This document shows positions 53,687 to 64,000 of a stretch of 64,000 nucleotides of DNA, in pieces. Source of the stretch: Octopus sinensis. Lineage: Eukaryota. The stretch spans positions 84,816,001-84,880,000 of the forward strand of contig NC_043000.1 of assembly GCF_006345805.1 (NCBI RefSeq), in the 5' to 3' direction. The notes beneath the pieces were generated by a model. That model did not search any database, was not told where the DNA came from, and was given only the letters and a program-made list of their open reading frames with translations. Position 1 is the stretch's first letter; each line of letters opens with the position of its first letter. The position numbers were made by a program, and so were the translations under genes.

Positions 53687-53860
53687 ATCAGGCTTTTTCG
53701 AGCAGATTTACGATGGAAGTCATTCCGCTGTTTATCCAGGCAGAGAAATATCAAGACCGTACGAATATTTTGTCGACAATGAATTCGTAAAAACTCACTT
53801 CCTAATACATCACAAACATTTAAAAAAAAGGAACTTGAAATTCTATTATTATGCTAAAAG
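53687..53860 (+). CDS. putative internal coding exon of an unidentified gene (phase 2 to 2)
   Basis: Acceptor ttgttgtttttattttcctctag, donor AAG|GTAACT; 174 nt, open in the one frame SGFFEQIYDGSHSAVYPGREISRPYEYFVDNEFVKTHFLIHHKHLKKRNLKFYYYAK; not repetitive; no family recognised. Confidence 0.5.
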
Positions 53861-54011
53861 GTAACTCAATGAAAATAATAAAAAGAATATCCAACAAGTT
53901 GTGAAGGTAGAGTGAACCATAAAATGGTGGTATTCGATTTATTTTACATTTTTTTTGTATCGAGCATAGATTCCACCGTTGAATTGCTGCTATTCAACTT
54001 ATGTAGTTTAG

Positions 54012-54060
54012 AATTGACATTGATGGAAAACCTGATCTACAGGATGAATCAAAGAATTAA
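54012..54060 (+). CDS. possible terminal exon following 53687-53860
   Basis: After a 151-nt GT-AG intron the phase continues as (R)IDIDGKPDLQDESKN*, with AATAAA immediately downstream; an alternative AG at 54005-54006 gives another frame. Confidence 0.25.
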
Positions 54061-54539
54061 ATAAACAGGGAGAATAAATGAAGTGATAAAACGTTCCAGA
54101 ATAATAAAACTTGATAAAACATGGCATTAATCAGTGAATAGAGAGCAATTTCAAACTGACATTCACAATAATACATGATAAGCAGTTGGAAGCAAGGGAA
54201 ACAGATATATGTGCAATAGGTTTCCATGTCATTGTTAGCATATGTACAACAGAAAGCGGAGCAAAATCTACTCAGAGAGAAAGAGAGAGAGAGAGAGAGA
54301 ATATTCAGGGCTTTCATCTTCATGTTGCTATTACAGTATTTTAATCAATTTAAATTTATTAGTTAAACGTACACAGTATCTTCAGAAACAAAAATAAAGG
54401 TGTAATTAATGAAAACATAATGGTATAATTAATGGTATGCTTAATGGTGTAATTAATAATATAATTGATATTATAATTAATGGTATAATCAGTAATAAAA
54501 TAAACGGTAAAATGCTAAAGAGTTGGAAGGCGAAGAAAT

Positions 54540-56865
54540 ATTGGTATTAAATTTTGACACAATGCCAACAATTCTGGGGGAGGGACTAAGTCGATTACAT
54601 CGACCCCAGTGATTAACTGGTACTTATTTCATCGACCCCTAAAGGATGAAAGGTAAAATTGATCCCGGCGTCATTTGAACCCAGAACGTAAAATCGGAAG
54701 AAATTCTGCTAAGTATTTTGTCCGGCGCGGTAACGATTCTATCGGCTTCCCACCTTAACGAAGAAAGAAATATTATGCTAACAAGTGAATTATTATAACA
54801 AAAAAAAATCAAATAAAATTATTAAATATTGCAACTAAGAGGAGTGATAGATTATTCTTTACTGTAAGATATTTTTTTAACCTGATAAGTGTAATCCATC
54901 ACCAGATTTAACCCCAGCATCAATTATAGGATTGCCTTGACTAAAGTCCCTTTTGTTACACACATTTGGACCAAGTTCCTGTTTAAGAAAAACTTTATCC
55001 CTAACGCTCTCCCTCTACACTACAGGCAACTGGACCCTTCCTACCATCACTAAATCGCAATAAAAAAAGTTATAGACAATTGGCCTTTTCTCTTAGCAGT
55101 AAAGCTATCTTAATATTCTAATTTTGAGGCGTGATGAGTGGATCGATAACATCGACTCTAGTATTTCACTGGTATTTTATTTTATCTACTAGGAAAGGAT
55201 AGAAGGCAAAGCCAACCTCAGTGGATATTGAACTCAGAACATAAAGAGCCGGAAGAAATGCCACAAAACATTTTGTCCGACGTGCTTAAAATTCTGCTAG
55301 CTTACCACATTAAAAGCTATCTTAATATACTGCTTTCATCTAAAGACACAAGTCCTGAAATTTGGGGAGAAGCGACTAGTCGATTACATCGGTTGCATTA
55401 CTCAGCTGTCGACTTCGGCAATTTGAATCAGAATGTAAAGCTGGATGAAATGTTGCCAAGCGTTTTGTCCGGCGTGATAAATATTCTTATTTCTTTATTA
55501 CCTACAAGGGGCTAAACATAGATGGGACAAACAAGGACAGACAAAGGGATTAAGTCGATTACATCGACCCCAGTGCGTAACTGGTACTTGATTTATCGAC
55601 CCCGAAAGGATGAAGGGCAAAGTCGACCTAGGCGGAATTTGAACTCAGAACGTAACGGCAGAGTATTTCGCCCGGCGTGCTAACCATTCTGCCAGCTCGC
55701 CCGGCTTGCTAAAGATTCTACCAGTTGATCACCTTTAGGTTCCCAATTTTGGCGCAAAGCCAGCAGTTTTAGGAGAGAGCAATTTTAGTCGATACATCAA
55801 CCCCAGAACTTAATTATTTTATCGATCACGAGAGGATGAAAGTCAATGACGTCCTTGGCGCCATTTGAACTCAGAACGTAACGAAATGAAAGAGATACTG
55901 GTAAGAAATGTTGTCCGGCACACTGACGATTCTGTCAGTCCACCGCCTTAAGCTATCTTAATACAACCGTTTCAAATGTAGGTACAAGGGCAGCAATTTG
56001 GTGGGGTCAGGTTAGTTGATGTCATCGACCCCAGAGTTCAACTGGTACTTATTTTGTCAAACCCAAAAAGATGAACGACAAAGTTGATCTCGGTGGAATT
56101 TGAACACAAAACGTAAAGATGAATGAAATGCCGCTAAGCATATTGTCCAGCGCGCTAACGATTTTGCCATTTGCTGCCTTATAGGGCTATTTTAATATAA
56201 TTGTTTCAAATTTTGACACGAGGCCAGCAATTTTGGAGGAGGGGTAAATCGAGTGCATCGACTCCGGTATTTTATCAACGCCGAAAGGATGAAAAATAAA
56301 GTCGACCTCGGCAGATTTTGAATTCAGAACATAAAGACGGACAAAATGCCGCTAAACATTTTGCCCAGTGTGCTAAAAATTCTGCCAGCCCGCTGCCTTT
56401 AATCATTTCTACTATAAGCACAAGGCCCGAAATTTGAGGGGAGGCAGCTAGTCGATTACATCGACCACAGTGCTCGAATGGTACCTATTTTATCGATCTC
56501 AAAAGGGTGAAAGGCAAAGTCATCCACGGTGGAATTTGAACTCAAAACGTAAAAACCGACGAAATGCCTCAAAGCATTTTGTCCAGCGTGCTATTATTCT
56601 ACCACACGCAGTCTTATAACGCTTTCTTAATATAATAATTTCAGATGAGGCACAAGGCCAGTAATTTCGGGGAAGAGGGTATGTCGATCGCATTGACCCC
56701 AGTACTCAACTGGTATTTATTTTATCGACCCCGAAAAGTTGAAAGGTAAAGTCAAACTCGGTGAAATTTGAACTCAGAGCACAAAGACGGACAAAATGCC
56801 GCTAAGTATTTTTGTCCAGCGCGCTAAGTATCATTCTGCCACTCGCTCCCTTATAAGGCTATCTC
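54540..56865 (-). mobile_element. SINE family A cluster: ~9 co-oriented units, mostly tandem from 55100
   Basis: Repeated ~220-240-bp units; shared spacer agctatcttaata(t/c) or a close variant at ~55103, 55315, 55951, 56185, 56621 and 56858. Confidence 0.88.
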
Positions 56866-57414
56866 AATATAATAAAAACTAATAATAGCTATTTTATGCT
56901 TATATCTTCCCCCTTTTCTCTTAACACTGAGGAAATTTTATATTTTTTCTAAACTAAATATACTGTTACATTCAGCAGAAAATATTCCTTTTTCATTCAT
57001 AAAAAAAAAAGATAACATGCAACTGTTATATCTTTTTTATTGTCAAGAGTAACTTGATAAATACAACGTTGCACATTGTAACTAACGCCATTATTGATAT
57101 CAGAGAAAATATAACCGCGGTTCTAGCATTAATAATAAAGGTTAGAAATTCAATAGGGAATTATCGAAAACAATATTCACCATATTACCAATGCGTGGCA
57201 ATAACCATTAATTACTTCTGTTACAGAATACAAAATAATAGAAATAACCAATTTTATACAAAACCTTGCCAATATATTAAATGCGTCTTATTGACCACAG
57301 ACCTATCCGTTTAGTTGCGACAACTGAAATCTGGAGTTGGAGAGCAAATCTTCTGAAGTCTCAATTATTGTACAAAATTTATTATTCATTTTCAAATGTA
57401 TAATGTATAAGCAG

Positions 57415-57585
57415 GCAGCTAGCTGGCAGAATCGTTAGCACGCTGGACAAAATTCTTAGCGGCTTTTTATCTGGTTCTTTACGTTCTGAGTTCAAATCCG
57501 TTCGAGATCAGCAAAATAAGGTACCACTCAAATATTGGAGGAGATGTAATCGACTTGACCCCTCCCTTCGAAATTACTTGCATTG
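57415..57585 (+). mobile_element. SINE family A, internally deleted copy
   Basis: agctggcagaatcgttagcacg head and gttctgagttcaaatcc B-box. Confidence 0.8.
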
Positions 57586-58007
57586 AACCCTGTAATGTAC
57601 CGGTGTTCCATTCTGAGGGAATGGAGTGATCTCGATTTTTATACGCCATGGAAACACGGGTAATCGGATTTTTAAGTCCTAGAGTTCGAGAAAAAGATCC
57701 ATAGCAGACGATAAATGATACTGTTAAATACAATATCAAATGGATATAATATTTTGTTGCATTTTTGCGAACACTTGACAGCTATTTATCGAGAAAGTTG
57801 GTAATTGAGAAATCTAAGCACAAATGTTATTTCCCTTGATGCTTCAAATCATAGTCTTTCATTTAAAAAGTAATTTCTATTGCTCTGTTAATCTATAACT
57901 TTTCTCGATGTTAAGCTTATTTATGTTACAATTATTCGGTTGGCTGAGACTTTTACGCCTCTCACTCGCTGTGTGTGTGTTTGCGTGTGTGTATGTGTGT
58001 GTGTGTG

Positions 58008-58049
<42 letters not shown>

Positions 58050-58164
58050 CAACATGACGAATGTGTAGTGACATTCAAAGTTGACATCAAATACTTTTAC
58101 CAGCTGAAATGAAAATAAAAGAAGGTTGCCGAAAAACCATTATCATCATCATCATCGCAATAAA

Positions 58165-58275
58165 CAGCAGCAGCAGCAGCAGCAGCAGAAGAAGAAGAAG
58201 AAGAAGAAGAAGAAGAAGAAGAAGAAGAAGAAGAAGGAGAAGAGCAGGAGGTGGAGGAGGAGATGGAAGAAGGAG
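58165..58275. repeat. (CAG)n/(GAA)n trinucleotide tract
   Basis: Read directly. Confidence 0.95.
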
Positions 58276-59009
58276 GGGCACAGCAGCAACAGAAATAGTT
58301 GCAGTTGCAGGTGGTGACAAATTCCAAAGAGTTCGCCACTGTGATAAGGGATTGTCCATATTTTTTGTTTTTTGTGAGCCTTGGGTGCCTTATACTGCCA
58401 ATTGTGCTGAAGTTCTTATCGAACCGTTATTGATATCTCTTAGTCTTGAATCAAATAGTTACCGCAGTGTGAAAGTTCAATAGGACTACTTGTCATTCAT
58501 CGATAAGTTACTCTACTTTCAGAAAGTGAGTAACTGTGGAGCCATTTAATGTTCGTTGCTCTTGAATGCCGTAAACAAATTAATTTCAATCTGATCTTTA
58601 TTAGTATCGTGTAATGGTATAAATCGATGGTCTGTCCAACACTCGAGTTCCTTTAATGTAGAGCTGAGCAAAACATCTTTGCGGTCGACTTACGAAACAA
58701 TGGGATAATCAACGAGAAAAACCAGTGTTTGAATTTAGGATGCAAACATGATGTCTTCTTTCTGTCTTTCTGCTAAAAGACAATGTTGATAGAGGTACGG
58801 TCGTACTTTTCACGCGAAAAGGAGATGTGATGCGATTGATGTTAGGTTTACCAACACCAAGGGCCCCATAATTCGAGAGAGCAAGAGAGAGAGAGAAAGA
58901 TAAAAGCAAAGAAATAAGCAAATAAAAAGAAAGAACGGATCCCAGTACTTCATAAGTATTTTATTTATCGACCCCGAAAGTATAAAAGTTAGAGTTGACC
59001 TCTGCATAG

Positions 59010-59057
<48 letters not shown>

Positions 59058-59084
59058 GATTGATCGCTAAATACACAAGTTCTT

Positions 59085-59250
59085 TTTATATTCTCTCTCT
59101 GTTTATTTCCTCGTGTTCCTTTCTGTTGAAGAGCGTAGCCTCGAAACGTAAAAGACTTTTTCACTTTCCCGAACGTCAAACTAATACACTTGTTTGTTGT
59201 TTATACACCCGTCTTCGTCTTTTGTTTTTCTGTAAATTTAAACTACATAT
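59085..59250 (+). mobile_element. Penelope-like terminal repeat containing a hammerhead-like motif
   Basis: cttt-ctgttga-a-gagc-gtag-cctc-gaaacgta-aaag at 59119-59154. Confidence 0.55.
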
Positions 59251-60189
59251 ATATATATCCTATGAACCGAAGAGAATATATACAATTCGGCTTCAATGTT
59301 ACATAGGTGACTCAAGGACTGAGAGTTTTATGCATTCCACTTAAATACGTACATGAGTATCACACACGTATACATACGTACATACGTATGAATACATATA
59401 TGCTTATCCCTATATAACGTTACTAATCCATACAAGTAGTATGAATATATGTATATATGTTTTTTCTTGAGTTAAGAGGGTTCCTGGTGTTTGTAAATGT
59501 GTGGTTAAGTTGGTGTGTCGGTTGAGCCGTCGGTGCTTACATCTAAGTGTGTGCATCTGTTCTCATAAGAATCTCATATGGAGAATTTTTGGAATGTCTT
59601 ACGAATTTTCTGTGCTTATAATAGATTGAATTTGGATAATCCACGTCAGTTTCTTTTGCTTTCTCTCCGTGGAACCGAGTAATTCTAGGTTTTTGTGCAA
59701 ATTTGTTGGTATATAAACAAATGTATGTATGTACGTAAGGGTGTACTTACTTTGTGTAGCATATAATGTATTTCTTTAAAATTTAATCAATACCTAAACA
59801 CAAAAATGCTTCTAGTGTAAATATCAATTATCCACTGTGCCCTTCTTTTCTAAGATGGTAAGCAGTAATTGGTGGGCGGTGCAAATTGGTGTTATTTCTA
59901 CGATGTTCTGCAACTGAATAGAAACCCCTTCATTTGTTTATTTAATTTATTCGTTTGTGATGGTTATTTCTAGCAGGTCAAGATCCACGTAGAGACTCCG
60001 TCGTAAGCCCCCAACCCGAGAATGTTTTTTTTATGTTGTTTCTATTGTAAAATTATTGGCGTTTTCTGCATTAGCATTTCATTTCTTTTGTTTTTGCCCT
60101 TTTCTCTCTGACACGCAAACTAACATTTTCACAATCTGACTAATGAAAATAAATATATAAAAAGCTGAATAAGGCGCAAGGTGTTGCTG

Positions 60190-60373
60190 TCTAATAAAAA
60201 GCGTGCTTCCGAACAACATGGCTTCCGTTTCTCTCCCATGGCGTGGCACCTTAAGCAAGTGTCTTCTTTATAACCTCGAGTCGCCCAAGGCATTGTGAGT
60301 GGATTTGGTAGACAGTAACTGAAAGAAGCCCATTGTGTATTTGTATATGCATATGTGTGCGTGTGTGTATACA

Positions 60374-60409
<36 letters not shown>

Positions 60410-60720
60410 ACACACACACATATATATACACACACACACATATATATATGTATATATGCATTTGTATGCATTTATGTATATATATATATATATATATGTT
60501 TGTGTGTGTGTGTGCGCGCACGCGTGCGTATGTATGTGCGCGTATATGTTGCGTTTGTCCCCTGTGATTGCTTGATAACAGGTGTCAGTTTGTTTGTGCC
60601 CCCGTAGATTATCGGTTCGGCAAAAGAAAATTATAGAACGACTACCAGACACTTCGACTAAAACAATTTAGTGCAGTGCCCCAGCATGGCCTCAGTCCAA
60701 TGACTGAAACAAGCAAATGA
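60190..60720 (+). mobile_element. diverged SINE family B composite with internal microsatellite
   Basis: gcgtggcacctt..caagtgtcttct..gtgagtggatttggtagac and tail ccagcatggcctcagtccaatgactgaaac. Confidence 0.75.
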
Positions 60721-61108
60721 GGAAAGATATTATAAGAAATCTGCTTTTAGCTATTGTCTTTGCAAATAAAGAAAATATTTATTTCCTTTTTACCACTTTT
60801 TTTCTCTCTGCTATAAAATCTAATGCCAGAGCGAATTGCATTTCAAAATACATTACAACTCAATCTTGAGTCTAAACACATTCTATGTTAATTTTATTGG
60901 TCTCTTATACTAGATCTTTAATTCTTTTCTAATATTCTCACTTTCCAAATACAATTATTTTTTGAGGTATTATGTTCCAATTTTAATTATACACAATGTC
61001 ATTCCTACAGATTCTATCGCTACTGTTATAATATCGATCTTCTGCAAGTAAAAGTATTGAGATCTTGATACTCTTAACAGTTTCTGTTCCTTATTTTTTA
61101 TGTTATCA

Positions 61109-61161
<53 letters not shown>

Positions 61162-63546
61162 GCTGTTGTTTAAATTATTTTTGTTTCTGGACTATTTCAC
61201 GCATCTTTGCAGCTCCGTAATTTTAAAAAGAAAAATTGATGTATGTTTGTCAGTTATATTTCGCTGCGCATTCTGTTTTTGGAGATGGTTACCAGGAGAG
61301 TTGTGTTTAGCTTATTTTTCCGAGCCATAAAACAGCCGACACAAATTGAAAGTATAAATTTGTTGAAAACTTATTTTAAATCATTATCAAATTTACGAAA
61401 TGGTTGCGGGTGGGGAAGATATAGGAATAACGAAAGAAAACGTAAGGGAAGAGAGAGAGAGAGGGGGGGAGAGGAAGAAGAAAAAAAATGAGGAAAAATC
61501 TACTTTCATTTTACAAACAGAGGTTTCAATCCCTTCGTTCAAAATCCCGAGGAAATATATTAACAACAGCAAAGCAAACAAACAGCTCTGTTTTATCACA
61601 GCTCACCATGACGACAGCAATAACAACAGACACAGCATGTTCTGCAGTAATAGCAGCATCAACAACAATGTGCCCAACAACAAACAACAACATCAACAAT
61701 TATACGACAACTACCGTCAACAGTCTGAGAATGTAGCAAGAGAGACGATTGCCTGCAGCTGTGCTTCCATCATTGCCCTGGTTACTACCAAAAAAACAAC
61801 ATTTTTGCCACTACCGTCACCACCAACAACAAGTCAATGCCGTTTGCCAAACCTACAAAATCGTGGGTGAAGCATTCGTTTACGGTGAAAGAAAAATTCA
61901 GGCAGAATGTCAATGACTGCATAACACAATCTGGTTCTCACTGCCAGGGAAAGTAAAATAAAAAAAAATGTTTAAAAAACTCCAAAAGTAGTATTTACTC
62001 CAGTAGATGGAGAAGATGTATGAAAGACATGTGGAATTCTATATTAGTACGCCAGAAACGGAAGTCAATATGGAGCAAACATGCACGTCTTACTCCTTCA
62101 AAAGTATTTATTAATTCCATCCTCTTTAAGAACAGCGAATAATCAAGGTAACGCTAAAAATATATGTCACCTGAGATAAACATCAAAGATTTTATCTTGG
62201 AAATTGAAGTGTAAATAAGAATTTGAGTGAAGAGTACGAGACCCAGGTATTACATATGCAGTAGAACTAAACACCAGAAGGCATTCGACCTTCACGCAGG
62301 AGAGGTGAAAACCTCCTTGCTGCCAATATCACAAACACATCAACATAAGCAACATCAATAATAGCAGCAAAAACCAAAACCACAAAAATCTCTCAGAAGG
62401 GTCCCCGCCAAAAAATATGCAGCAGCACAAACGATACATATATGCATATATTAACTATCTAACACCCATCTCTGAAATTTCATTAATTATTGAAGGAGGA
62501 GAAAGAGGGGGGGCACTAATAACAAACCAGTTTCTTGAGAGGGAAGAAATAAAACAACCAATAATCATCGCTCCGGTTTACTTTTATGAAACTCCCCAAA
62601 ATTGGATTAGATTTAGATGCGATAGCCATCTGAGAGACCTGGATTTCTGGAACGTATTCACTACCGCCTACTCTAGATGATAACAAATTTATAAGATCCT
62701 TTCGATCAGTCTGGATCGAGCTCTTTTGGAAACATTGATGTCTCGAGATATGGCTTAGCTCCCTGAACCCTGGTGCTAAGTTGGTTGTCCTGAGCGTGAA
62801 GAACAGAAAAGGTGGTACCTAGTGACTTAAATTCGTTCATGTTCGACTAAACCAGACACAATTCCCAAAACCATCCTCTAGGACACTTTAGGAGATTGTT
62901 CTACTCGCTAGTGCCAGTGGGTAACGGGAATAGCATCTTGCCTGCACGTTGGGATTATGGCGTAAGGGTTGCTAATAAGAGGTATAAGCAATGTATGAAT
63001 TTGTGCTAAACACTGTCAGGCTGGCAGTGCGGGGAGGAACATCGAGGACTGATACATATGCTACTCTCGACGACGACGATGATGATGATGACGACGGCGG
63101 CGGCGGTGGTGGTGGTGTAGCAGCATCACCACCACCATCATCATCACCACTACCACCACCACCACCATTAGCAGCAACATCATCATTTCCGCGCTGCTTA
63201 TGTCTCAAAAATACTAATGACGTCGTTTCCCCTTCTGTACCGGTGGCCGCTAAGGTGTGGGATCAAGTATTGAAAGGGCTTTACCTGTAGACAAATTCAT
63301 TCAGCGACCCATCATTTCAACCATTCGTCTTCAGTCTATGTGGTGATAATGTAACTTGAGAACAAGTGCTAACCTGTGAGGAGGGAATAAAAACAGTGCC
63401 CAAAGGAGACTGACTAAGATTAAAACCCACTGATATAATTTAGCAACATACCTGACTAGTACTCTTTTGGAACATTTCGCTTTTCACCAGAACGAAATTT
63501 GCCTTTTTACACTTTTGCTTTAAATTAGCATTTACACATGCCACAA

Positions 63547-63589
<43 letters not shown>

Positions 63590-63904
63590 ACACACATACA
63601 CACACATACACTCACACACACACACACACACAGTATACAGGTTTTAAAGGAAATAATTTTAAAGGAAAGATATTTACGAATATAAAAATAAGATTATAAA
63701 CCTAGCTAAATTCCTTGTTTTGATTTCAATTAATAAACAAAATTTATATTTCGTTTATCCGTTATATTATTTTATTGTCCTACTTTTTTACAACTATTTT
63801 CTCGCTCATTCCTGTCTGGTTCTTTCTAGTTTATGTTTCACTTCCTTATCATTTGAAATGTGTTTTCCCATTATTTTTGTTTGTTCCTTCTCAAGCCATG
63901 CCTA

Positions 63905-64000
63905 GCTCATAAGGCCGGTTTCCCGGTTTCCTTGCCGCATAGCTTCCTCACCTGAACGGGACGCCGGTCTGTCACAGGTGAGCTGCAAGATGCAAAGGGG
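63905..64000 (-). mobile_element. SINE family C-related fragment at the window edge
   Basis: ggtttcccggtttc..ctgaacgggacgccggtc resembles 19925-19985. Confidence 0.55.

Noticed and set aside
57000-57300. Minus-strand hydrophobic stretch suggesting a GPCR or chemoreceptor remnant
   Set aside because: Interrupted by stops, no family motif, and AT-rich DNA naturally encodes F/I/L/V.
4269-57585. tRNA genes suggested by A/B-box motifs
   Set aside because: The motifs are heads of multi-copy SINEs; I found no complete cloverleaf.
58087-58483. Poly-R/K/S/L ORFs
   Set aside because: Products of the (CAG)n(GAA)n tract.
62277-62322. Two small adjacent hairpins (gaagg/ccttc and gcagga.gagg/cctccttgc)
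   Set aside because: Short stems with no match to SECIS, histone stem-loop or tRNA arm motifs; expected by chance.
62991-63290. 99-aa ORF with poly-D/G/P
   Set aside because: Held open by (GAC/GAT/GGC/CAC)n repeats; no recognisable domain.

Overview
AT-rich, microsatellite-saturated eukaryotic DNA. The SINE, Penelope and Helitron families look like those I recognise from Octopus/cephalopod genomes; this is inferred from recall, not from a database search. There is no intact long ORF, and almost the whole ORF track is translated simple repeat. Protein similarity I can recognise comes only from decayed transposons: a Tx1/L1-type LINE, three RTE LINE pieces, three R4/Dong-type RLE fragments, a Penelope GIY-YIG fragment, a hATm-like and a pogo-like transposase, and two Helitron PIF1-helicase fragments. 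The most striking structure is a 5.7-kb head-to-tail Helitron trimer (37425-43146) with CTAG|TC junctions, inserted in a (TA)n tract, with different cargo in each unit. Other notable items are minimal hammerhead-ribozyme-like motifs in Penelope-like terminal repeats, several near-perfect long hairpins, SINE tandem arrays with shared spacers, and one reasonably good exon of an unidentified + strand gene (53687-53860). All other exon calls are speculative.
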